Positions 1 through 10,459 of a stretch of DNA of 10,749 nt are shown in pieces. Position 1 is the stretch's first letter, and the number at the start of each line of letters is the position of its first letter. This DNA is from Armatimonadota bacterium (GTDB taxonomy: Bacteria; Sysuimicrobiota; Sysuimicrobiia; Sysuimicrobiales; Humicultoraceae): assembly GCA_037446215.1 (NCBI GenBank), contig JBBIJB010000074.1:1-10749 (forward strand). Reading direction: 5' to 3'. Below the pieces are notes generated by a model. The model was not told the DNA's origin. It ran no database searches and saw only the letters and a program-made list of their open reading frames with translations. The position numbers and the translations under genes were made by a program.

Positions 1-8
1 TGGTCCCA

Positions 9-62
9 GGGTGACAGATTCACTGGCCTATTAGGGGGTGACAGATTCATTGGCCCAATACA
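9..62. mobile_element. Probable terminal end of an insertion sequence (IS1202/ISNCY- or IS481/IS21-like TGT...ACA end); body of the element would lie left of the window
   Basis: Direct repeats GGGTGACAGATTCACTGGCC (9-28) and GGGTGACAGATTCATTGGCC (36-55), 19/20 identical with a 27-bp period, followed by CAATACA ending at 62 (reverse complement starts TGT). Tandem transposase-binding repeats plus a terminal ACA are typical of these DDE IS ends. No transposase is visible in the window. Confidence 0.6.
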
Positions 63-79
63 CGACTCGATTCGCACTG

Positions 80-136
80 TTGACGTTCCGTCCCCAAACA
101 GGGCATGATATACCCGCTGTGGAGACGAATCGTCAA
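80..136. promoter_or_regulatory. Long imperfect inverted repeat, probable AbiEi autoregulatory operator, overlapping a putative promoter (-35 TTGACG 80-85; -10 CATGAT 104-109)
   Basis: Arms TTGACGTTCCGTCCCCA (80-96) and TGGAGACGAATCGTCAA (120-136) are complementary at 14/17 positions. Further symmetric pairs lie inside (GGG 101-103 with CCC 113-115; AT 105-106 with AT 110-111), centred on 108. AbiEi antitoxins are known to repress their own promoters via inverted repeats. Confidence 0.65.
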
Positions 137-142
137 GTCCGG

Positions 143-937
143 GTGCTCACAACCAAGGACTTCCTCGCACAACACCCGGTATTTACGCTTGGACAACTGG
201 CTGGCGCCATGGGTCGGGGCAAGGATACCGCAGCGGCCCTGGATCGAGTCAAACACCATCTGCGCAAGGGGCGCCTGAAGCGGGTGGCCAAGGAACTTTA
301 CGCGGCGGTGCCCCGTGGGATGTCTCCCGAGCGATTTGTCCCGGATCGCTATCTTGTCGCCGCGGCCGCCCGAGCGGATGGGATCCTGTCTCATCATGCC
401 GCCCTCGAGCTTCTCGGCGTGGCGCACAGCGAGGCGTACCTGTGCACGGTTCTCTGCTCTGCCCGGCGGGCTCCAATCTGGGTTGGGAACGTCGAGATCC
501 GATTCTTCTACCATCCCACGGCTCTCCTTCGAGGGCGAGCCGTGCGTCTTGGTGTGCGACGTCTTGAGCGAACGGGGAGACCCGTTCACCTGACGGGACC
601 GGAGCGCACCCTCGTCGATGGATTCAGACAGCCACGCCTCGTAGGGGGGTTGGAGGAGCTTGTCGAATCCGCGGCCGGCTTTGGCGTACTCGATCTGGAT
701 CTTCTGGATAGAATCCTGGCGGTCTACGGGAAGAAGGCCTTATGGGCGTGCGTGGGCTGGTTCCTCGAGCGGCACCGCGAGCGTTTCTTCGTGCCCGAGG
801 AGTTTCTGGCCCGCCTCGAGGGGAAGCGGCCCCGTTCCCCGCATTACGTGCCGCGCGGATGGCGCGGCGGCGTGCTCTACCGGCGGTGGAACGTGGTCCT
901 GCCCGAGGGTCTGTCCCGGGGCTGGGAAGGCGCATGA
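143..937 (+). CDS. abiEi: Type IV toxin-antitoxin system AbiEi-family antitoxin / transcriptional regulator (~264 aa; GTG 143 preferred over 38 or 119)
   Basis: N-terminal winged-helix-like segment (DFLAQHPVFT...HHLRKGRLKRVAKELYAAVP), followed by 'LSHHAALELLG' and 'TGPERTLVDG' motifs typical of AbiEi C-terminal domains. The stop TGA overlaps the ATG of a toxin-like ORF (ATGA 934-937). The ORF-track start at 38 lies inside the IS-end repeat, and the palindrome/promoter sits upstream of 143. Confidence 0.8.
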   Translation: MLTTKDFLAQHPVFTLGQLAGAMGRGKDTAAALDRVKHHLRKGRLKRVAKELYAAVPRGMSPERFVPDRYLVAAAARADGILSHHAALELLGVAHSEAYLCTVLCSARRAPIWVGNVEIRFFYHPTALLRGRAVRLGVRRLERTGRPVHLTGPERTLVDGFRQPRLVGGLEELVESAAGFGVLDLDLLDRILAVYGKKALWACVGWFLERHRERFFVPEEFLARLEGKRPRSPHYVPRGWRGGVLYRRWNVVLPEGLSRGWEGA

Positions 938-1326
938 ACGTCGATCGGACAACGCTGGACCGGTTGGCGGCCGAGACGGAGTTCACCCCCGGCGCGCTGG
1001 AGAAGGTGATCCGCCTGGGGGATATGCTCGCCGAGCGGCCCGACGTGGAGCGCGCTGTGGAGACTCTGGCGGCGGCCCAGCGATACTCGGTCCAGAGATC
1101 CGCGGATTCACACGCCGGGAGAAAACTCTATCTCGGCTACCTCAACGCAGCGGGGGGCGCCGACCGCCTGGAAGACCATTCCTCGAAGCCGTGGTCCACG
1201 CCCCCGGGGAGCTGGTGGCCGGGATACTGGACCGGAAGGCGCAGCATGCAGCGGCTCACGCTCGAAGCCGGAGTCGAACCTGATGAAGGGACTCACGCGA
1301 GATCGCGGGGCGCTATGGGAACATGA
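934..1326 (+). pseudogene. abiEii: Degenerate AbiEii/AbiGii-family nucleotidyltransferase toxin (130-codon ORF, internally deleted)
   Basis: The ATG at 934 is coupled to the antitoxin stop. The N-terminus MNVDRTTLDRLAAETEFTPGALEKVIRL resembles AbiEii starts ('LEKV.RL'), but the expected LKGGTAL...RLSxDxD motif is absent and the sequence runs directly into MLAERPDVERAV...GRKLYL. Similarity appears to end near 1173. A possible C-terminal remnant lies in another frame (1170-1283, PFLEAV...GELVAGILDRKAQHAAAHAR). It is much shorter than typical ~300-aa members. Confidence 0.7.
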
Positions 1327-1369
1327 GAACCACCCGGACGAAGCGGGCGGGGTGACTGAGGAGACACAG

Positions 1370-2353
1370 ATGAGCCATCTTCGATGGGGCGTGCTCGGCG
1401 TCGCCAACATCGCCGTACGCATGGTGATTCCAGCCATTCGTGCCGCCTCGAACGGAGTCGTGGCGGCGATAGCCAGCAGGGACGCCGCCCGGGCCGAAGA
1501 GGCCGCGGGGCGCCTCGAGATACCGCGCGCGTACGGCTCCTACGAGGCCCTGCTCGACGACCCCGACGTGGACGCGGTGTACATCCCCCTGCCCAACTCC
1601 CTCCACGAGGAATGGACCGTCCGCTGCGCTGGGGCCGGCAAGCACGTGCTGTGCGAGAAGCCGCTGGCGACGAGCGCCGCGGCGTGCGAGGAGATGATCG
1701 CGGCCTGCAGGCAGCACAAGGTGCTGCTGATGGAGGCGTTCATGTATCGGTTCCATCCCCGCACGAGGCGCGTCGCCGAGCTCGTGCGGCAGGGTGCGCT
1801 GGGGGATCCGCGGCTCGTCAGGGCTTCCTTCACCTTCAGCGTGCGAAGCCGCGACAACATCAGGCTGCGGGCCGATCTCGGCGGGGGCAGCCTCTACGAC
1901 GTGGGATGCTACGGCGTCAACTTCGCCAGGATGATCCTCGGCGAGCCGAGGCGTGCCTTCGCCTTCGCGCACGTCGGCCCAACCGCCGTGGACGAGACGC
2001 TGGGATGCGTGCTGCAGTTCGACGGGGAGCGGGTCGCCGTCGTCGACAGCGGGCTGACCGTGGCGCGTCGCCAGGAGGCCGAGGTGGTGGGAAGCGAAGG
2101 GCGCCTGGTCGTTCCCGACCCGTTCCTGCCCGGGGGCGGCGATACGGAGATACGGCTGTGGGCGGATTCGGCTCAAAAGGCCGTTGTCGTCCCGGGGGTC
2201 GATCAGTATCGGCTGATGGTCGAGCAGTTCGCAGCCGCGGTGCTCGACGGAGCGCCCCTCGGACTCCCGCCGGAGGAGGCGGTCGGGAACCTGCGCGCGA
2301 TCGAGGCGCTGCTTCGCTCGCTCGGGACCGGGCAGGCCGAGACTGTCATCTGA
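1370..2353 (+). CDS. Gfo/Idh/MocA-family NAD(P)-dependent oxidoreductase (sugar dehydrogenase-like), 327 aa
   Basis: RBS GAGGAG (1358-1363) precedes ATG 1370. Motifs LRWGVLGVANIA (Rossmann), DAVYIPLPNSLH, HVLCEKP, LMEAFMYRFHP and GGGSLYDVGCY. Confidence 0.92.
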   Translation: MSHLRWGVLGVANIAVRMVIPAIRAASNGVVAAIASRDAARAEEAAGRLEIPRAYGSYEALLDDPDVDAVYIPLPNSLHEEWTVRCAGAGKHVLCEKPLATSAAACEEMIAACRQHKVLLMEAFMYRFHPRTRRVAELVRQGALGDPRLVRASFTFSVRSRDNIRLRADLGGGSLYDVGCYGVNFARMILGEPRRAFAFAHVGPTAVDETLGCVLQFDGERVAVVDSGLTVARRQEAEVVGSEGRLVVPDPFLPGGGDTEIRLWADSAQKAVVVPGVDQYRLMVEQFAAAVLDGAPLGLPPEEAVGNLRAIEALLRSLGTGQAETVI

Positions 2354-2365
2354 GCGACGGCCCGC

Positions 2366-3406
2366 TCAATACATCCGCCCTGTATCGAAGCGGTTGAGCA
2401 ACGGCTCGCCCCGCATGTAGCGGCCGAGGTTCTCGCAGAACAGATCCACCAGAAGCGCGTTCTCCGTTTCCACCGTGCTTGCCGAGTGCGGGCATATCAG
2501 GACGTTGGGCAGGTCCCACAGCGGGCTGTCGGCCGGGAGCGGCTCGACGGCCGCGACGTCGAGCGCCGCGCCGCCAAGCGCGCCCCCGCGCAGCGCCTCG
2601 ACCAGGGACTCCTCGTCCACTACCGCGCCCCGGGCCACGTTGATCACCACCGCGCCCGGCTTGATCGCGGCGATCTCGCGGTGCCCCATGAGGCGCTCGG
2701 TCTCCTCAGTGTGCGGCGTCGCGAGGACCACGTAGTCAGAACCGCCCAGCATCTCCTTGAGCCGCCGCGGAGGGAAGAGCGCGTCCGCATCAGGATCGGC
2801 CTCCCCGGCCGCGGCCGTGCGGCGGGTCGCTGCGACGCGCATACCCACCGCGCGGCAGACCCTTGCCACCTCGCGGCCTATGCTGCCGAAGCCCACGATG
2901 CCTACTGTCGCGCCCCGTATGTCGCGGCCGCAGTAGCGCACCCAGCGGTGGGCGGCCTGATCCCTGACCAGCCGGAACCCGTCCTTCGCGAACCAGAGGA
3001 TGGCCATGAGCGTGAAGTCTGCCAGCGGCTTGGCGTGGATCCCCCGCGCCGTGGTGAACGCCATGGGACGGTCGAGCAGGCCCGTGCGGACCAGCAGCTG
3101 GCCGATCCCGGTGCTGGTTCCCTGAATCCACCTGGCGCGCGGTATCAGGTCGCGCAGCGATGCGGCGTTGGTGTGGTCGAAGTCGAACATGACCTCGGCC
3201 CGGGCCAGGTAACCCCGCCACCTGCGCTCTTCCTCGTCGGAGCGCACGAGGGGCCGGCCGACGTGATCGCAGGCGTAGCGGGGCCTCGGCAGCAGGGCGG
3301 GTTCGTAGATGACCTCGGTACCTTCGACAGACCTGATCCGCTCCACCAGCTCCGGCTCGAGGTAGGAGGCGATCAGCACAGTAACGGGAGGGCTCGCATC
3401 ACGCAT
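2366..3406 (-). CDS. D-isomer-specific 2-hydroxyacid dehydrogenase family protein (alternative start GTG 3418)
   Basis: GIVGFGSIG (GxGxxG), INVARGAVVDE (catalytic Arg), ALDVAAVEPL (Glu) and ICPHSAS (His). GAGGTG lies 9 nt upstream of ATG 3406. Confidence 0.92.
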   Translation of the reverse strand: MRDASPPVTVLIASYLEPELVERIRSVEGTEVIYEPALLPRPRYACDHVGRPLVRSDEEERRWRGYLARAEVMFDFDHTNAASLRDLIPRARWIQGTSTGIGQLLVRTGLLDRPMAFTTARGIHAKPLADFTLMAILWFAKDGFRLVRDQAAHRWVRYCGRDIRGATVGIVGFGSIGREVARVCRAVGMRVAATRRTAAAGEADPDADALFPPRRLKEMLGGSDYVVLATPHTEETERLMGHREIAAIKPGAVVINVARGAVVDEESLVEALRGGALGGAALDVAAVEPLPADSPLWDLPNVLICPHSASTVETENALLVDLFCENLGRYMRGEPLLNRFDTGRMY

Positions 3407-3546
3407 GGGGGCTCTCACCTCTAGAGCCCTCTTTCGCAGGCCCGGCCGCGCTTCCTCCGGTCGATGGAGGCCGCGTCCTCACAGGGAGGCGGCGCGACCC
3501 CGCTGAATAGAGCCTCTAGGCCAAGCGATCCGCCGGTGGGCGAGGA

Positions 3547-3999
3547 GTGATGTTGGTGGATACACGCGCAGCCGCGGCAGCAGGGATGGTCGCCGGCGCG
3601 GTAATGGGAGCGGTCGTCATGGTCGTCGAGGCCGCCCGCGGGACCGGCTTCTGGTCGCCGCTGATATTGATCGCCGCGGCGGTAATAGACGAGCTCAAGG
3701 GGGTCCGGACGCCCGTCCCATTCCACCCGGTCGGGGTCGCGGTGGGGGTCGCCGTCCACCTGGTGAACTCCGTTGTGCTGGGGCTGATATTCGTCCGCAT
3801 CTTCGGCAGGAGCGGGAGGGTCGGGGCCTCGCTCGTCCGCGCCGGGCTCGTCTACGGGCTCATGGTCTTCGCGATCATGTGGTATGTGGTGCTTCCCACG
3901 ATGAATCCGGTTATGCTGCAACTCAACGCGGTGCTCTTCGGGGGCGCGCACCTGGTATGGGGCGGCGTCCTGGGAGCCCGCATCGGGAAGGAGTCCTAG
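3547..3999 (+). CDS. Small integral membrane protein (~4 TM helices), function unknown; true start may be 3553 or 3556
   Basis: Four hydrophobic Gly/Ala/Val-rich segments with intramembrane His residues (AVHLVNSVVLG, GAHLVWGGVLG). GAGGAG at 3542-3547. The stop TAG is 1 nt before the tal start. Confidence 0.75.
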   Translation: MMLVDTRAAAAAGMVAGAVMGAVVMVVEAARGTGFWSPLILIAAAVIDELKGVRTPVPFHPVGVAVGVAVHLVNSVVLGLIFVRIFGRSGRVGASLVRAGLVYGLMVFAIMWYVVLPTMNPVMLQLNAVLFGGAHLVWGGVLGARIGKES

Positions 4000-4000
4000 C

Positions 4001-5113
4001 GTGAGCCGTATCAAGCGCCTCGCAGAGCACGGCCAGTCGGTGTGGCTGGACTACATCCGGCGGAGCCTGGTCACAGGCGGCGGACTGGCGCGCCTGATCG
4101 AGGAGGACGGGGTCAGCGGCATGACCAGCAACCCCACCATCTTCGAGAAGGCGATCGCCGGCAGCTCCGACTACGACGAGGCGATCGCCTCGCTGCTGGC
4201 AGAGGAGAGGGAGATCGACACCCGGGCGCTCTACGATCGCCTCGCCGTCGAGGACATACGGATGGCGGCCGACGCGCTGCGGCCGGCCTTCGACGCCGCC
4301 GGCGGCGCAGACGGATTCGTCAGCCTCGAGGTTTCACCTCATCTGGCAGGGGACACCGCCGGCACCGTGGCCGATGCGCGCAGGCTCTGGGCAGTGGTCG
4401 CCCGCCCCAACCTGATGATCAAGGTCCCGGCCACCCCGGCCGGCATACCCGCGATAGAGGCGCTGATCCGCGACGGGATCAACGTCAACGTCACCCTGAT
4501 ATTCTCGCTCTCCCACTACGAGGACGCGGCGCGCGCCTACATCAGGGGGGTCGAGCGGTGCGAGCGGCCCGCCGGAGCGGCGTCGGTGGCGTCGTTCTTC
4601 GTCAGCCGCGTGGACACCTCGGTGGACCGGCTCCTGGACGAGATCGGGACCGAGGAGGCCCTGGCGCTGCGCGGAGCCGCGGCGGTCGCGAACGCCCGGC
4701 TGGCATACGCGCGGTTCGAGGAGATCTTCCGCGGAGGCGAGTTCGCCGTCCTGTCGCGGCGAGGGGCCGGGGTCCAGCGACCGCTGTGGGCCAGCACCGG
4801 CACGAAGAACCCTGACTACTCGGATGTGCTCTACGTCGAGGAGCTCATCGGGCCGCAGACCGTCAACACCCTGCCGCCGGCGACGATGGACGCCTTCAGG
4901 GATCACGGCGAGGTGCGCGGCGACACGATCGGGCAGGGGCTCGACCGAGCGCGGGCCGTGCTCGAGAGCCTCGACCGCCTCGGGATCGACCTGGACAGGG
5001 TGACCTCCACCCTGCAGGAGGAGGGCGTGGGGGCGTTTGCCTCCTCGCACGACGCGCTCCTCGCGGCGCTCGACGGGAAGCGGCGGGCGGTCGCGGCCGG
5101 AGGGGGTGGCTAG
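4001..5113 (+). CDS. tal: Transaldolase
   Basis: GQSVWLDYI, GMTSNPTIF, FVSLEVSP, NLMIKVPAT (Schiff-base Lys), NVNVTLIFS, ASFFVSRVD and RPLWASTGTK. RBS AAGGAG at 3988-3993. Confidence 0.95.
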   Translation: MSRIKRLAEHGQSVWLDYIRRSLVTGGGLARLIEEDGVSGMTSNPTIFEKAIAGSSDYDEAIASLLAEEREIDTRALYDRLAVEDIRMAADALRPAFDAAGGADGFVSLEVSPHLAGDTAGTVADARRLWAVVARPNLMIKVPATPAGIPAIEALIRDGINVNVTLIFSLSHYEDAARAYIRGVERCERPAGAASVASFFVSRVDTSVDRLLDEIGTEEALALRGAAAVANARLAYARFEEIFRGGEFAVLSRRGAGVQRPLWASTGTKNPDYSDVLYVEELIGPQTVNTLPPATMDAFRDHGEVRGDTIGQGLDRARAVLESLDRLGIDLDRVTSTLQEEGVGAFASSHDALLAALDGKRRAVAAGGGG

Positions 5114-6778
5114 TTGCCGAACGGCCTCTCGCTGGCGCTGGGCGAGCACGGCGCCCCAGTTGACGCGAGGCTCGCCGCCTGGGAACGGGAGGGGCTCGCC
5201 CGGCGGCTGTGGGCCAGGGACCGCACCCTTTGGTCGGCGGAGCCTCGCCCCGAGATCGAGGACCGCCTGGGATGGCTCGACCTGCCGCGGACCATGGCAG
5301 ACAGCATCGGCGAGATCATCGGGTTCGCCCACCGGGCCGCGGGAGAAGGGATGCGCCACGTGGTCCTGCTGGGCATGGGCGGATCGAGCCTGGCTCCAGA
5401 GGTCTTCTCCCGCACCTTCGGAAGCGCCCCCGGCCACCCGGAGCTGATCGTGCTGGACAGCACGCACCCCCAAGCGGTGCTCGACACCGTGGCCAGGGTG
5501 CGTCCCGACCGAACCCTGTTCCTGGTCTCCAGCAAGTCCGGAACCACGGCCGAGACGCTGTCGCTACTCAGGTTCTTCTGGGGGTGGGCCAGCCACAGAT
5601 CCGGTCCTGCGGGAAGGCAGTTCGCGGCCGTCACCGATCCCGGGACCCCCCTGGAGGAGCTCGCCCGCGAGCGGGGCTTCCGCGGGATCTTCGGCGCGCC
5701 CCCGGACGTCGGCGGTCGCTACTCCGCGCTTACCGCGTTCGGCCTGCTCCCGGCCGCGCTCTGCGGGGTGAGGATAGATGGCGTGCTGGCCCGAGCCCAG
5801 GCGGCCGCCGACGCATCGGCGGCGCAGGGTGGTACACAGGGGGCCCTTGCCCTGGGCGCGGCCCTGGCCGAGCTGGCCCTTGCGGGCCGCGACAAGGTGA
5901 CCTTCCTCGCGTCACGGTCGCTTGCGGCCCTTCCCTCGTGGATCGAGCAGTTGATCGCCGAGAGCACGGGAAAGGGAGGCCGGGGGATAGTCCCTGTGGT
6001 GGATGAGCCGGCGGTCGCCCCGGAGCGATACGGCGCGGACCGGCTCTTCGTGGGTCTCACCATGTCCGCGGATCCCGCCGACGAGATCGGCCGACGCCTG
6101 GACCATATCGAGACCCTCGGGCACCCGGTCATCCGGATAAGCCTGGCGGACCGGGAGGAGCTCGGAGGCGAGTTCTTCAGATGGGAAGTCGCCGTGGCCG
6201 CGGCCGGCTCGGCGCTGGGCATCAACCCCTTCGACCAGCCCGACGTTCAGCTCGCGAAGGAGCTCGCCCAGAAGGCGATGTCGCAGGCGGGCCGCAGGGT
6301 GCGCCTTGGGGCCGGCGCCGGCGAAGGGGCCGGATCCCCGTCCCGCCCGGAGGAGCTCGCGCGGCTGCTGGGCGACTGGACGGAGTCGATAGCCCCGGGC
6401 GACTACGTAGGCCTGCAGGCCTACCTCGCGCCGTCGGAGGAGACCTGGCGCCTATTGCAGCGGATTCGCCGTTCGCTGCTCGAGCGGTCGGGCACCGCCA
6501 CCACCCTCGGATACGGCCCCCGCTTCCTGCACTCGACAGGCCAACTCCACAAGGGGGGGCCGGGCAGCGGGGTCTTCCTGCAGTTGGTGGACGACCAGGC
6601 CGAGGACGTCGCGGTCCCCGAGTCCAGGTTCACCTTCGGCGAGCTGATCGCGGCGCAGGCCCTGGGAGACCTCGGGGCGCTTAGACGGCAGGGACGCCGG
6701 GTCGTCCGCGTAGAGCTGGGTCGCGAGCCCGAAGAAGGACTCGCCACGGTGGCGTCCCTGCTCAGGCCAGGCTCTTGA
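5114..6778 (+). CDS. pgi: Glucose-6-phosphate isomerase (type found in Tal-Pgi bifunctional proteins)
   Basis: LGWLDLP, GMGGSSL, SSKSGTTAET, DVGGRYSALT, EQLIAESTGK, NPFDQPDVQLAK and GPRFLHSTGQLHKGG. The TTG start directly follows the tal TAG in the same frame, with GGAGG at 5099-5103. Confidence 0.92.
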   Translation: MPNGLSLALGEHGAPVDARLAAWEREGLARRLWARDRTLWSAEPRPEIEDRLGWLDLPRTMADSIGEIIGFAHRAAGEGMRHVVLLGMGGSSLAPEVFSRTFGSAPGHPELIVLDSTHPQAVLDTVARVRPDRTLFLVSSKSGTTAETLSLLRFFWGWASHRSGPAGRQFAAVTDPGTPLEELARERGFRGIFGAPPDVGGRYSALTAFGLLPAALCGVRIDGVLARAQAAADASAAQGGTQGALALGAALAELALAGRDKVTFLASRSLAALPSWIEQLIAESTGKGGRGIVPVVDEPAVAPERYGADRLFVGLTMSADPADEIGRRLDHIETLGHPVIRISLADREELGGEFFRWEVAVAAAGSALGINPFDQPDVQLAKELAQKAMSQAGRRVRLGAGAGEGAGSPSRPEELARLLGDWTESIAPGDYVGLQAYLAPSEETWRLLQRIRRSLLERSGTATTLGYGPRFLHSTGQLHKGGPGSGVFLQLVDDQAEDVAVPESRFTFGELIAAQALGDLGALRRQGRRVVRVELGREPEEGLATVASLLRPGS

Positions 6779-7768
6779 TGAAGATCACCCAGGCAGGCCG
6801 GCGCACGAATCCGAGCTTCTCGTTGATGGCCAGCATCGCCGCGTTGCTGCTGCTGTTGAAGGTGCGTATCGTCCGGTAGCCCTTCTCCCGCGCGTACTCG
6901 ACCGTCCTTATCTTGAGAGCGGTCGCGAGCCCGAGCCCACGGAAGGCCGGAAGCACGGCGGTCAACTGGTGGTTCAGCATGGAGGGATCACTCTGGGCGC
7001 GCTTCATGGCGCTCTCGCCTACGTAGGCGTCCCCGAGCCTGGCCAGGAAGAAGGCATCGAGCAGCACCGTCGGGTGGCGCACCTCCTGCTCCACGAACTC
7101 CTCGAACGGTCGAGGAGAAGGAGGGTCGGGGTCTTCGTGGGGGACGTCCAGGCCGAGCACGGCGTGGGACTGGTAGACGGCGCGCAGGCAGTCGGGGGCG
7201 CGCTCGAGCTCGCTCGCCAGCGTCGTTATCACGACTCCCCTGGCGGCGGCCCGATCGAGGTAGTCGGAGAAGCGCTCGAGATCCCCTACTAGGCGTCCCG
7301 TCTCGGCGTCCCTGACCTCCAGCCGCGACTCGTAGTCCCTGGACAGCTCTGCGAAGCCGTAGCGCTGAAGGAACGCCAGCGAGCGTGGGCGATCCTCGCG
7401 GCTCCACGTCTTCACCCGCCGCGCTCCCCTGGCCCCCAGCGTCTCCAGGAGCGCGTCCGCCATCAGGGTGCCGATCCCGCACCCCTGCGCGTCCGGGTGG
7501 ACGTTCACCGCGGCGACGTACTTATCGGGATGGTGGCTGTGGGGCAGGTGCCTGTAGAAGCCGTAGGCCACGACCTCCCCGGTAGCGGCGTCCTCGGCGA
7601 CGCTCCACTCGGAGACGAAGCGGCTGCGGTCGATCCGGGCCACCTCTTCCCGGATCTCCTCCTCGGTGAAGAGCGTGTCGGGATAGATCGCGTTGTGGAT
7701 GCGGGAGATCGGCCCGCAGTCCTCGTCGCGGAACTCCCGGAGCCTGGCCCCGGCGCCCATCGGAGCGA

Positions 7769-7772
<4 letters not shown>
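6762..7772 (-). CDS. GNAT-family N-acetyltransferase with two tandem GNAT domains (start GTG 7772 or ATG 7760)
   Basis: Two acetyl-CoA-binding motif A copies (VNVHPDAQGCGIGT; TAVLPAFRGLGLAT) and two C-terminal motifs (AFLQRYGF; NAAMLAINEKLGF). GTGA overlaps the acnA stop. The ORF-track extension to 8138 overlaps acnA and is not credible. Confidence 0.88.

Positions 7773-10459
<2,687 letters not shown>

Noticed and set aside
9..55. Direct repeats as a CRISPR array
   Set aside because: Only two 20-bp units separated by 7 bp, far too short for a spacer, and no cas genes. An IS end fits better.
69..96. dif/XerCD-like site next to the IS end (some IS1202-family members target Xer sites)
   Set aside because: GATTCGCA only loosely resembles a XerC arm, and the conserved XerD arm (TTATGTTAAAT-like) is absent.
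38..142. N-terminal extension of AbiEi from GTG 38
   Set aside because: It starts inside the IS-end repeat and runs through the promoter palindrome. The family-like sequence begins at about 143.
3407..3546. Short hairpins and palindromes (CCTCC/GGAGG; TAGAG-C-CTCTA at 3508-3518) in the divergent intergenic region as a riboswitch or operator
   Set aside because: The stems are short and expected by chance at this GC content. No recognisable riboswitch consensus or U-tract.
5111..5113. Genome-wide TAG reassignment or selenocysteine recoding
   Set aside because: TAG appears to serve as a normal stop for the membrane protein gene (3997-3999). Selenocysteine uses TGA, and no pyl genes are in the window.
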